This document shows, in pieces, positions 47,702 through 60,679 of a DNA stretch of 64,000 nt. Both the position numbers and the translations under genes were made by a program. A model generated the notes under the pieces. The model was given only the letters and a program-made list of their open reading frames with translations. It made no database searches and was not told the origin of the DNA. Numbering within the stretch: position 1 is the stretch's first letter; every line of letters starts with the position of its first letter. The stretch comes from Azolla caroliniana (Eukaryota; Plantae; Polypodiophyta), in contig JBHGNT010000004.1 in assembly GCA_043228905.1 (NCBI GenBank), forward strand, positions 18,104,001 through 18,168,000, written 5' to 3'.

Positions 47702-48817
47702 TCACGCCGGCACTCGGGCCGACAGCCGGATCGGTGTGAGGATCTCCGTAGACCGCCCATCCGCAGTTCTTTGCCTTCGTCCCCTCACCGCCACCGTCAG
47801 TATCTTGGTCTTACGTCGGCCGTGTTGCCGAATGCCGAAGTCTCTAGATCCGGTGTGAAGGATCCTCCTTGGCCCTCCGGTTTGTCTTCCCGACCCTGTC
47901 CCGAGTCGTCCTTCTCCGCATGCCGAGAGGGCGGTTTGCTCCGCACCCTCTCCCGTGGTACCGTCGTACCCTCCCTCGGCCTCTACCTGGGCCATGTCCA
48001 CCTCGTTCGGAAGGCCGACTAGCTCTGGGTCTCCGAAATCCGACTGCGTGCTAGATCTTTCTTCTTCTTCGACCATCACCTTCAGAGCCTCGTACGCTTC
48101 CGCAATCCTAGCCCCGACGCCGATCCTTGCCAACTCTCTTTGTTGTTCGGCCTCTTCCCATTGTGATGGCACGCCGTCGCGCGCCTTCCCCTTAGCCTTC
48201 TCGGCTCACTCGTCGTCTAGCCGTTGGCATACCCTTCCGACCTTCGACCAGTCCTTCGTAAGCCCATTCGCGCCGTCGTCATCTTCGAGCTCAATCCTGA
48301 TGGCCTCCCGTTCCGCTCGGTCAATCGACCTGACAAACAATAGGACTTTGTCCGCCCCCACCAAACCTTGTTCCCGCTCCGGGAGCCGAGCAGGCCGTCG
48401 CTCGAACTCTCGGAACGCCTTCCTTGCGCCCCGGTGGGTCTTTGCCGATGCTACCCACTGGTCGAAGTCGTGTCGTCCCCGGCTCTTCCGCCGTCCTCCA
48501 TATGCCTACAGGAGCGCCTCTTCAAAGGCCTCCCACGAACTATGAGCTTCTCGAAGCTCATTCACTTCCGCGTGCATACAGACGGCGACAGCCCGACAGA
48601 AGAACTCCAGCCTCAACGCTTCGTCCACGTCTCGCTCCTCAATTTCCGCGTTGTAGGCTTCCAAGTAAGATGGGACTTTGTCCCCGTTGAAACGGCCGAC
48701 TCTTTCGACCACTCGCTCAACCGCTTGCTACGCCGACTCTCGTCTTGTTGTCACTCGTCCAAACTCCCTCAACGCTTCGACGAAAAGTTGCGCGAAGTCG
48801 TCTTCTTCCAACTCCAT
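47702..48817 (-). pseudogene. gag: G gag-like ORF with stops
   Basis: VERVGRFNGDKVPSYLEAY and DKVLLFVRSID are homologous to B/C/M gag (GRFNGRNVMSYLKAY, SKVLLFVKAVD). Confidence 0.8.
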
Positions 48818-49646
48818 TCTCCCTTGCCGCCCTTCACGTCGGGTTCACCAAATATGTCGCGTTATTACACGCGTGCGTGTAGAAGGGTGGGACCACATGG
48901 GGTCTCAGACGAGGGAAGAAGGGAAGCCGAGAAGACGATTCCGGACGCGTTCCGGAAGCAACCGAACGAGAGAGAGAGAGAGAGAGAGCTTGACACCGAC
49001 TCACACACACGCGTGTGCGCGATGCCGACCCAATTCATGCCCTTATGTACAGAAACGGAGGTAAGAGGACGCCAAAGCACCCATACAGACACCGATACGC
49101 AGAACCCTCCACACATATATTACAAGATGAAGATACAATAATGGCATCGAGCCCGACCTAAGTAGCTTAGGTTGCAACAGTCGTCTACTACCAAGCCGCC
49201 GGTCAGGGAGCTCTCGGGCTTGTCGCGCCGAGCGGGGTCTTGCACAGGGGACGGGGCAGCAAACAGAAACACTAGAAGTCCCGGCTCGATACACAGAACG
49301 ACGAAGAGGAAGAAGCAGAGGTAAGAAGAAGAAGAAACGAAACCCTAAAACAAGAGGAAGAGAAAGAGATGATGTCTCTTAATCCAATACGAATGTAAAA
49401 ATGGGCAACCCCTTCACAAGAGGCGCTCCCTTCCTTTTATAGAACAAGGAGGGAGATGCGTTACAATATGGGATAAATCCCGACCTACATGGGATTTTCT
49501 GTCCTGACTTGACTACTCTTCGGCGCCATAAAGACGCCCTCGTTATTCACACTAAATGTACAAGGGTGAGCGCACATGCTGCACCCCGCAGATGTAGCCA
49601 ATATTTCCCGGTTTCCGCCTCTGGCCGAAATTCTTCATGACAACGT

Positions 49647-52600
49647 GGCTGAAAACCATACGTCAACATAAAAGGACTATATCTAGTGGATGTATGTTTA
49701 GAGCTATTATAGGCAAATTCTAAGATAGGAAGGTATTGCTCCCACTTAGAAGGGGTTTTTGCTACATAAGCTCGAAGCATGTCCTCAATAATTTGATTAA
49801 CTCGTTCAGTTTGTCCATCAGACTAAGGATGATCTTTGGAACTCATGCTCAACGTAGTTTCTAGTTTCTTAAAGACCTTAGTCCAAAAGTCACTAGTAAA
49901 CTTGGAATCTCAATCACTAACAATATCCATTGGTAATCCATAAAAGCAAAATAACTCATCGACAAATTGATAAGCCAATTGTTGAGCAGTTTTCGTGGTT
50001 TTGGTAGGAATAAATCTAGCCAATTTTGTTAATCTGTCAACGACAACCGAAATGGCATCACGACCCCTCTGTGTACAAGGTAAACTAACAATAAAATCCA
50101 TCAAGATACTTTCCCATTTGTTGTTGGGAATATCTAAGGGATGTAAAAGACCCGCAGCTTTAAGTCGTTCCGACTTATTAATCTGACATTGTAAGCATTG
50201 AGTTATGTATTTATGCACGTCAGAGCACATCTTAGGCCAGGAAAAAAGTACTCGAGATGAGAACGAGTGTGCGTTGTATTCCAGGATGACCAGCAGATGG
50301 TGCATCATGACATTCATGAAAAATTTTCTGTTTTACGTTTGGTAAATCTGGAACACACACCTTTCCACTACGATAGAGCAAACCGTTTGTAATGTGAAAG
50401 GTCGCCTTCGAGGGTAGGGTGCTAGTATCGGAATCTAAACCAAATTCGACTTTCGTCCAGTATTTTGAAAAACTGTCATCAAGGTATTTCCCTCGAAGGT
50501 GATCTAAAATATCATATTTTATTTCTGTGAAGCTAAGCATGTTAACTTCTTTAATGCGACTAAGAGCATCAGCAATATTGTTCATAGAACCCTTGCGATA
50601 CCGTATGGAAAAATCAAAATCTTGCATAAGGTCAGCCCAACGGCCTTTACGACCAACAAGATCTAGCTGGTCACAAAAATACTTCAATGATTGATGGTCT
50701 GTTGTAACCACAAATTTATTTCCATAGAGATAGTGCCTCCATGTTTTAAGTGCATGTATTACCACAAACAACTCTTTCTCTTGAACCGAATACCGAGATT
50801 GAGCAGCATCAAGTTTCTTACTTTCAAAAGCAATAGGGTGACCGCCTTGATAAAGAACGGCATCAATAGCAGAATCACTAGCATCGGTTTCGATTGAGAA
50901 AGGCTTAGAAGGGTTCGGTAATAGAAGGGTGGGAGCCTAACACACATGCTCTTTGAGAGTCTCAAATGATTTGTCAAGTTGTTCATTCCATGCAATTGGT
51001 TTGACAGACTTACGTGGATGACCTTTTAAAAGGTCAGTTAATGGCGTTGTCAATTTGGAAAAGTTTCGATTTCAACACCATTTTTCGTAATTAAATGACC
51101 TAGGTACACAATAGATTTTTGGAAAAAATCACATTTTGAACGTTTTGCATAGAAAGAGTTGTCTCGCAACTTTTGCAAAACAAATTGAACATGTTGAACA
51201 TGATCTTCCAAGGTACGGCTATATATCAAAATATCATCCAAGAAGACAACAACAAAATCACCGAATTTATCTCGGAAAACGTCATTCATCGCTTGTTGGA
51301 ATGTGGCTGGAGCATTAGTCAACCCGAAAGGCATGACTAAAAACTCATAATGGCCATAGCGCGTACGAAAAGCGGTTTTAGGAATATCATCCTCGGCAAT
51401 GCAAATCTGATGATAACCTATTTGTAAGTCAATTTTCATAAAATATCGAGCCCCATGCAAACGATCAATCAAATCATCGGCACGAGGTAACGGATATGCA
51501 TTTTTAAAATTTGTCATTTTATTCAAACGGCGATAATTGATACATATCCGCCATGAACCGTCCTTCTTCTTTACTAATAGAACTAGCGCACCCCAAGGTG
51601 ATTTACTATACCTAATATGGCCCATACTCAAGTATTCCTTAAGTTGTTTAGAGATCTCATCCTCTTCTAATCGACTAAGTCGGTAAGGTGGAATGCTCAC
51701 AGGAGCAGCACCAGGGATGAGCTCAATTTGATGTTCCACGTTACGTTTTGGTGGTAAAGTAATCGGCAATTCGTTAGGAAACACGTCTTGAAAATCATCT
51801 AAATTAGAGTCGAGTAATCGTTGTTCATAATGTGGTAATGGTGTGGTGTCAATATTAAAATAATAAAATTGAAGTGCAGGATCAATTACACATGAATAAA
51901 TTAATGAACTAGAATACTCACTTAAAGATTTAGAAGACACAAGTGAACGAGAAGGAAGTTTGGAACATTGAATAAAATGTTTACAATTATTAAGTTCAAA
52001 TGTGATTGAGTGGTTAACCCAATCAATGGACAAAGAAGGGTTTTTATTAAAAAATCAAGGGTATCCTAAAATGACATCTGCAGATTGTAGTTTCATAGCA
52101 TGAAAGTCAAGCTTCTCCAAATAGGTATCTATTTGAATTGGCAGTTGACAAACAATGCCACTAATGTATTGAACACTTCCATTTGCCATGTGAACTTGAT
52201 AGACATGATCACTTGCATTTATGTGGAGTTCCATTTGTTGCACAAAGTGATCATTAAGAAAATTGTGAGAACTACCGGAATCAAACAAGAAATGTGCTTG
52301 TGTTCCATTGATATACCTGACTACTCGGAGTAAATCACTAGGTCCAAGTAAATGTGAAGGAAAAGTGCATTCACATGAACTTAGGTGGTTGGTATGAACT
52401 TCAACAACAACATCAAAAGACTCAACTATGTGACTCATAGATTTGTCTTGAGGAGGGGGGTTCATTGACTTCCTCTCAAGAAGACGACAAGTATCCTTTG
52501 TGTGGCCCCGCTTCTTGCAATATGCACAGAAGAGGTTCGGTTTCTTGGAGTCGCGGTCAAGAGTGTCATTGGATTGCTTACGTTTCCCAATGAACTTGAC

Positions 52601-53452
52601 ATTCGGAGTTTTGGTGAACTCAGGTTTATTGTGGTCTTTCTTGGAAGTCCTATGGTACCGAAGTACAATGTTGACGGCTTCCTCAAAAGTTGTGGGGTCC
52701 TTATCATGGACAATCCAATGGTAATCCCCATTAGGAATATCGTTCAAAAAGCAAGCAACAAACCATTTCTCACCCGTAAGTCCCGATTTTTGGATCTGGG
52801 TCCAAGCATGATGCACATAATCCTTGAGAGAGGTAAATGGCTTACTCGACAACGTGCGCAAGTGTTGCGCTTGTTTAGTTTGAGAAGGTGGCTGCAAAAA
52901 TTGTTTCTTAAAAACATCAATGAAACTTTCCCAAGTTGTCGGTAAGTTCTTTGTAGTCCTTAGGCCGCGCCACCAAGCAGCAACTCGGCCACCTAACTCA
53001 CGACCAACGTAACCAATTTTTACAACATTGGGCTTGGGGTGGAGCTCAAAGTGAGACTCCCAACAACCAAGCCAAGTGCTAATGGCCTCCTCGGTTCTTT
53101 CTTTCTTATCTCCCGTGAATGGCGTTACTATGAGAGAAGGCTCACCTTCTTTCTTGGACTCAATAGTCAATTCTTGGAATTTCATTTCCAATGCCATATT
53201 GGCTTGCCTCATTTCGGCCAATTGATTCAAGGTAGTAGTGAGCAATTGCTCAATAGTGATCTCAGTTTGTGTGCGAGATGCGGATTGGAGTTGAGAGGTC
53301 TTAGTCAGAGAGATCGCTCCAATAGCGTTCAAAACTTGTTCCATGATGCAAGCTATGGGTATGCAATATAAATAAGGAGGTTCAGAAAATACACAAGCAA
53401 AATGAATGCTTGAAATTTTGATTGGAAGAACTTTACCAAGAAAGCATCTCAC
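49647..53452 (-). pseudogene. gag-pol: H gag-PR-RT-RH-INT, fragmented
   Basis: [39 protein letters not shown] and VFLDDIL, RNase H TDHQSL, integrase MDFIVSLP and VVDRLTK. Confidence 0.92.
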
Positions 53453-54344
53453 ATCTTTACCCCTCTAAACATATGAGATGTGATTCGAGATCCGATAACT
53501 ATGGTAACACTAGTGTTTTAAAAACCATGGGGGAAAACATAGCTAAGATGTCTTTCTCAGATCTCTATCTTGAATAATCATGGTGGCTCCCCGAGGCTCA
53601 ACCATGGTTCTAACATCAATGTAATTTCCTAGTTAGCCTTATATTAATGCCAACCCAGCATGTATGGATATGGTCGAGAAAGAGTATTACGTGAAAAAAA
53701 CAAGTGCACTCACAAGTAATATTCTAGTCTTGCGAGTAACAAGCAAATGTGATGATAAAAATTATAAAATAAGGCACTACCCATTAGAGGCAAGTAGTGA
53801 CAAAAACAAGGGTCAAAAACCCATGTGCTACCTACTAAAAAAAATGTCACAAATAAATGGATGGTGCGAGGTATGCACATATACATCCAAATATGGTGGT
53901 TGTAATTTGCACAATTGTGACATAAGCCACAAATTGATACATATGGTGGTGGTATTGTGCGCAAAGATGTAGTACTCAAATTTATGAGTAAAACATCAAT
54001 AGGGAAACTCATATGATTTCACTTGATTTCTAAGGCTCAATAATATGAGTTAAACCTAGATGATCCGTTGGAAAAAATCATTAAAAAAGAACGGCATGAT
54101 GCGCACTCCATACGAAAAAAATAGTCTACACGGAAGCGTTACATCATAGGTAAACGCATGTAAATACTTTATACACGAAAAGGAAGGGGGAAAAGGAGAG
54201 TTAATTGTGGGTGAGTAAACAATAATTACGAGATAATCATATAAGTGAAATGACAATTTGTGGAATTAGAAATTAATTAGAATAATAAGCAATTAGGTGT
54301 ATGGAACATTAAGCATGCCTTAAGGTACGAAACCCTAGAGTAGT

Positions 54345-54785
54345 CGACATGCACCTCCTCAAGACCACCACATCTCCCAAGAATCGGCCAAGTGATGGCT
54401 CAATAAAGAGTAAAGTGACATAGGTAAGCGACATATACCTCATCAAGGCCACAACACCCCATAGAATCGGCCAAGTGATGGCTCAATAGAGAGTAGAGTG
54501 GCATAGCTAGGCGACATACACCTCGTCATGGCCACAACATCCCATAGACTCGGCCAAGTGATGGCTCAATAGAGGGAAGAGTGGCATACTCAACATCATA
54601 TGCAAAAGGGCCATGAGGTGACCGTGTGTGATTAGGGAAAACACACTCGACCCAATGCACAACAAAAATTAATATCGTAAGAGAAGGCTCAAGAGAGGGG
54701 AGCATAGGAGATACATCGCAATATACAAAAGGGCCATGAGTTGAGCGTGTGCGATTAGTGCAAACATGCTCGGCCCGATGTAGAA
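54345..54785. repeat. Tandem repeats in the 5' UTR of H: three 83-bp units plus two ~123-bp units
   Basis: TCGGCCAAGTGATGGCTCAATA near 54384, 54467 and 54550; CAAAAGGGCCATGAG at 54603 and 54726. Confidence 0.8.
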
Positions 54786-55610
54786 TAATAATTAAAATTG
54801 TATCGTGGTAGAAAGAAGAAAGAAAAGAAAAGAAAACGTAATACAAATTTGATTCGACCAACAAGAACGCATCATAGAAAGAAGAATACCAGGTTTAGAG
54901 TGTTGTTTTGATCCTAAGAAGAGCATGACGAGCCTTGTTAGATCCCCATCGCTCACACGCAAAAAATATCAAAACAACAACAAAAATCGTTAGTAAAAGC
55001 TCTGATACCACTGTTAAGAGTTTATTACTAATCAATAGACCAAAGTAAAGTAAAAGAAGGAAAATAGATTGGATAGAAGAACCTGTTCCACCCGACCACC
55101 CCCGAGCTATGATCTAGACATAGACAACCTACCACTGACATCCCATACCGCCGGATATTAGGATGACTAATACCTTGGAAGAGATAAACACGATCGTCGA
55201 GACGAAAGCCTAGCCCGCACCACCGGTGTCTAAGACAGCAGCCTTCCCACGTAATCCTTATGAGGGTAGCTAAGCCGCATATTTATACCTTTTCCTAGGC
55301 CCCTTGAATAGATGTGCCTTTCTAAAAGGCTCTCCATTCATTGGTTGTCCAAATCATGATAGTGCATGCACCTATCATTCCTTCTATCCAATCATTAGTC
55401 CCCTTTTTAACATTAGTGAACATACCCTTCACTAATGTAAATATTAGTGACCTACCCTCACCAACGTTATGTGTACATAACATCACGTGCACATTAACGT
55501 GTTAACATACGAGTGTAACCATCACCCCTTTCATACGTGTGCATATTGCACCTTCTCGATTTTCTCTGTTCCACGCAATTTTCACACCATTGCCGAAAAT
55601 CTTCACGACA

Positions 55611-58600
55611 ACGCGAGTAGAGGCCTCACAATATCTAATCGAATCAACAGAACAGAAAACTCCTATGGCACTTCGATAGCAAAAATCAACAGCCCCTTCT
55701 CCCCCTAAAACAATTGATCCCCTTAACAGTTTTCCTCCCCTCCTTTTATAGCTCAAGGAGGGTCGGTTACATCAATAGTTAAGACAACCGTTTCTGTCAA
55801 ACATTCTCCCATGATTCCCACTACCATCACACACTATCATTCCCCTCTTTTTGTGGGATCATAAAGTACCTATTAAAAGCTCTGGTTTTGTACTTATTAG
55901 TCCTATGTTATTTACCATTGTTTATACAAAAGCCTCTTTTATGTGCATTCGTGCACTCCCATGTTCACACACGGTTGGCAAGTGTTTCCCTTGTGGCCGG
56001 AATCCTCCATGACATACAGCCCCACCAAACCGCACATCCTCTGATATGTGCCAGTCTAGGGAAGCAGTGGAGAATTCTAGATTGTTCACTACTCTTCATC
56101 CTCCGAACCGTCGCCAATATGGTCCACATCCAACTCCTCGTCCTCCACCTCCAAATCCAGTTCTACCTCTTGTCACTTCTTGAATACCTTAATCGGCTTT
56201 CCGTAACCAATAGAGCCATCCTTGTCTCGTCGAGCTCCGAGAGGTGGTACGTGGCATTGTCGTTGGCGCCGGTTACTACATAAGGTCTGAACCACCTCTT
56301 TGCGAACTTGTGCACTGACCGGTGTTGGTTGTTAAGGCCACTGTCATAAACCAGCACCTAATTGCTTTCTTCGATCTTCCTTGGTCGGAATTGATTCATC
56401 CGGTCAAACCGGTCCTTGTTTTTCATTTGTGCCTCCTTTACCTTTATCCTCGCTCGCTCCACGTCCTTTGGTCGGCTCTCGAGTTGTCGAATCCATGCGG
56501 CCAGCAACTCATCTCGTCCATGAACTGCCATCCACAAAGTAATCATCCTTTCCACCGGCATAATCGGCTTCTGCCCAAACATGAGCTCGGTCGGCATGTA
56601 CCCTGTTCGGTCAGCCCACAATGCGTATGGCAGAAGTCGCGGCCAATTTCCAACTCGTCTATCGCATGCTTGCACAATAGGCTTCACAATCAGACCATGC
56701 ATGTGCTCGACCTTCCCGTTCACCTCCGAAGTGTATGTTGTCGTGAGGGAGAGCTTGACCCCTAGTCGATTGAACAACTCTGTTGCCTCGTGTGCATCCA
56801 GCTCTCCTCGATCGGCCACAATTTTTTTCCACACACCTGTACCGGCATATCATGTCTTTGATTAGGAACCAACATAAGGTTGTGGTCGTCTTGTTTGTCA
56901 AGGCTCGTCCTTCCACCTGGTTCGCCAAATCCTCCCTCGCCATCACCAGATACCTCATCCGGCCTACCCCCATCAGCATTGTCCACTAAGTTGATCATCC
57001 ACTTGAAGTGAATGGTTGGCGGGTAGGCCGAATGTAATTCATCGCGGTGACAGATTCTAGAATGCACCTGACAACTTTCGCATGTCGTTACGAAGTGGTG
57101 CACGTCTTTGTAGATTCCTGGCCACCAGTACCTCTCCTTGAGATTCTCAAATGTAGCCCATGTCCCTTGATGTCCAGACTAGGGACTCTCATGAAACTTA
57201 GCTAACATCACTGATTGGTCCTCCTTCTCTGTCACCACCCAGAGTGGTGTACAACGTCACTTCTTCGGATGCCACCAAATCACCCATCTCATATGAAGAA
57301 CTTGTATGCCTTCTTCCGAATCTGACTTGCTTCCTCCTTCATCCACGATGTGTCCATTGCCATTGTGCTCAGGAACCTTCCGATAAGAAGCCACTCCCCC
57401 TCGTAGCCATCTTCGTTAAACGTATGCAAGGTCGGAGTGATTTGCTCATTCGCCGACTCGAAGAAGTTGACTCTGACTTACTCATCCTACGATACCATAT
57501 CGTCTTCTCCTTCAAACCGTGCCCTCGACAACATATCGTCCATGGTATTTTCCTTTCCGGAAATCTGTCGGATTTCCGGATTCAGGGACTTAATGTACAT
57601 GGTTCATCTTAGCATAGCCAGATCTGGAGTCTTGCATCCGGATATCATCTTGAGAATCGGGAGACAGTCCGTCTCGATAATCACCTCCATCCCGACTAGA
57701 AAATCCTTATCGACCATCACCACCAAAACAATACCCCATTGTTCCTGCTTGACCTGGGAGTATCCTCATTGTCACTCACTCAAAATCTTTGCGCTGAATT
57801 GAATGGCGAACCTCATGTTGCCTTCATCCTCCTAATTGATCACCCACCAGATTCTGATCGGACTCGTGCCAACCGTCACCCTTTCCATAAACTATCTTTC
57901 AGAGAGTCGACACTACCATCAGCATCCCCTTTAGTCTCTCCATTGCCTTTGAGAGCTCTTGGCCCCATTTGAACTTCCGCCCCTTCTTCAGCAACCCGTA
58001 AAGTGGCTCAGCAATATGCACGTAGTGGGGAATCCAAATATGATAGAAGGCACACGCCCCTAGGAATCGTCGAACCTTTGTGGTCGACTTGTATTCCTCC
58101 TTCATCGCCGAGATGGCGTCAACCTTAGCCAGAGACGGTTTCCGATCATAGGGTCCACATAGGTGTCCGACCACCAAGATCTTTGACTGCCCGAACATCG
58201 ACTTCTCCTTCCAGCCTCCACAATATTTTCTCACAGTCGGAAATGTGGTCCGCCACAAACTTCCGACACTCATCTTCTCTGACTGACTCATACTTTTAAT
58301 CCTCCGGACACCCCTTTATCGGGATGTCATCCAAGAATGGCATGGTGATGTCCCCATGTTTCCTACCTATTGTACAAGTGTGGGGGATCAGCCAATTGCC
58401 CAAACTAACGCCGCCCCACTCCTTGATAGCCCTCTTAAAAAGTCCTCTCGACCTTCACCGTTAAGAGAGTCTCAGATTTCGCTCGTGGTTCAGCTGGACC
58501 ATCAGGAATTGGACAGAATGCTGACCATCCTGGATCCTCATCAATTACCACCGCACTTACATCGATTGTTATCGCATTCTTTGGCTCTGTCGAGAGCCGC

Positions 58601-60259
58601 TTTCTCTTTACTAGGTCGATGATGGATTCGTGGAACTCTTTCTTGGCAATGCCCAACACTTCTTGCAGTATGATTTCCACCTGACTGTTGAGGATTCGCT
58701 CCTCTAAGACCTTCCGTAGGTGTGTCGACTTCTCTATCTCCGAGCTCAGTTGGAAGCTCTCATAAAATTTCCCCCTTTCCTTCTCTTGTGGGTCAATCGG
58801 TTCACCTTCACCTCTTTTTGGCTCGCTTTGGGTGTCGTAGCTACCCCGATGGCCTTCCCAACCCGCTTGTCTTCAAACAGAACTTCGTAGTTCTGGGATG
58901 CAGCTTCTATGAAGTTGGTCTTTTCCTCCACTGGATCGTCCCATTTGGTGACCTCCCAGACCCGCCTCTCTACACGATCCGCTTCTTCTCTCTTCAGCTT
59001 CTTCCCCGAGAAGCCTTCAAGCACAACCAGCCGGAATCGGTGTCATTTCCTGAGCCGATTCTCTTCTCCCCTCCTACCCGGATGTCAGTCGATGCCGAGT
59101 AGTGAACGGCCTCAACATGTCATGCCACAACTTCCTTCATTAACCTTTTCATACCGCCTCATCCGGTATTCATCTTGAGGGGCCTCTGTGTTTCACTAGC
59201 ATGCACTCAGCCATTCCATAGGTACACCACATTGCTCCTTAGCGCCTCGGCGAAGTCAGCGCAATTCCTCCATATGTGGTCGGCACCGTCACACCAAATG
59301 CACCTAAGACCATTAGGTGGGCGCCAGTCATGCGATTGACCCCCGCCATCCCTCCAAGCATGCGCGATCTACAAGTCTCTCACCATTTTGGTGAGCTCTT
59401 CCAACGCCGCTCCTCTGAATGGTCCACTGGCAACGTTAGTAGGTGATACTAGGTCCGTGTTAGCTCGCCCTCTTGTCTCATCTGATTGAGTTGGCACTTC
59501 CCCCATCATCCCCCAAGTCGATGTTGATCCTTCATCGTTACATTCATGCCGTTTGTCGAAACGGCTGTATACCCTCTTAACCATGGCCCAGCCGGTCATA
59601 AGGCCATCGTCTGTCTCTAGGAAGAGACCCACCTTCTCACGATCATGCGAGTCGACCGACTTGATGAATAATAGGACCTTGCTCGTGTCTAGCACGGTTT
59701 GGTCCAATGTCGATCTGCGTCTCAAATTCTTGGAGACGCACCGTCGTATTCATCCCCTTTCCCGGGAGCTCGACCCATTCCATGAGCTCCTTCTTTGACA
59801 ATCGGAGTGAGTCATTGAAGACGTACCTTTCGAGGAGTCGCTCCTTGAGCTCCGTCCAGTTACGGTAGTCAGCCTATATCTCAATCACCTAAGCGTGGAT
59901 GCTCTGCATGACAACTTGGGCAAAACCGGACAGCCGCTTGTCCTCCGGAATACCCCACATCAATATCTTGGCCTTGTACGCCTTCAAGTAGCTCATGACA
60001 TTCCTTCCATTGAATCGGCCCATTGTGCTGATTATCATTTCAATGGCTCTGTCGAGCCCAGCTGAGCTCTCCTGAGCATTCACAAGGTGGTCAACGGCTA
60101 CCACCATGGTCAATGTCTTGCAAGTCGGCTCGAGTGGGACCATGGGGGTCTCAAACCAAGAAGCCTAAGGACAAGAGGCTACTAAGCTTGTAGTGGCCTA
60201 TCCGGCCTAGTTACCGGATACCAAATACCATATACTAAGTGCACGGGCTTACAGAACCA
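55611..60259 (-). mobile_element. Element M: heavily decayed Trp-group gypsy with internal deletions; partial 3' LTR 55611-56014
   Basis: gag (59889, 59369), RT/RH (57899) and INT (56762, 56358, 56163) fragments collinear with C; PPT then TGTCATGGAG at 56014; about 1 kb of RT missing at ~58355. Confidence 0.88.
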
Positions 60260-60679
60260 TGTTGTATGTATGGCTGGACTAGCCGCAACACAGGTGTCTA
60301 TCCGACACTTCTCCAAAGGGGTGGTAGGGATAGGATGTTAATACACGCGTATGATAATTACACTTAAGCACAGACGAAGACAAGATTAATCAGCATAAGC
60401 AAAACTATATTAATTCTTCGCCCTTCATTACAAAACATCGGATCCTTTTATAGGCATCCGGCCAGATTACAATCGGTGCTTGATAAGCAACCGTTAACCG
60501 AAACCGAATCGGTTCGGATCCGGATCGGTTACAACTACCGGATCCGTCCCTCCTAATAATTCTATTCCTATTTCTATATTTATCCGATCCGACCTTGCTT
60601 TCCCATTTGCCTTCTCTGACCGGCCAACACATGGCACGCCCGTGGGAAAGTGCATTGCACTTCGAACCCACAGCCGGCT

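Larger units (their letters stand above)
34650..49642 (-). mobile_element. Element G: non-autonomous gag-only Trp-primed LTR element, 4-bp TSD ACGT, hosting F and K
   Basis: LTRs 48855-49642 and 34650-35467; 18-nt Trp PBS 48833-48850; PPT at 35468-35485; ACGT at 34646-34649 and 49643-49646. Confidence 0.93.
33372..55482 (-). mobile_element. Element H: chromovirus-type Ty3/gypsy, AT-rich and decayed, hosting G and a MITE
   Basis: 5' LTR 55012-55482; iMet PBS 54999-55010; PPT 33453-33465; only ~80 bp of the 3' LTR remain (33372-33452, matching ~55402-55482). Confidence 0.92.
32646..55610 (-). mobile_element. Element J: 5' LTR in two pieces (55483-55610 and 32668-33371) split by H, with a decayed Trp PBS at 32646-32663
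   Basis: Minus start TGTCGTGAAG at 55610; end TGTGACA-tatt-TGGTGAACCCAACATGAA; middle part homologous to LTR I. Joining the two pieces is inference. Confidence 0.7.

Noticed and set aside
53600-54300. Short ORFs in the AT-rich stretch as a host gene
   Set aside because: They lie between H's PBS and gag (5' UTR) and show no recognisable domain
4793-60629. Similar LTRs at 4793-5181 and 60260-60629 as the ends of one 56-kb element
   Set aside because: Their coding regions lie outside the pair (A to the left with its PBS, Z to the right) and the LTRs are clearly diverged, so these are two elements
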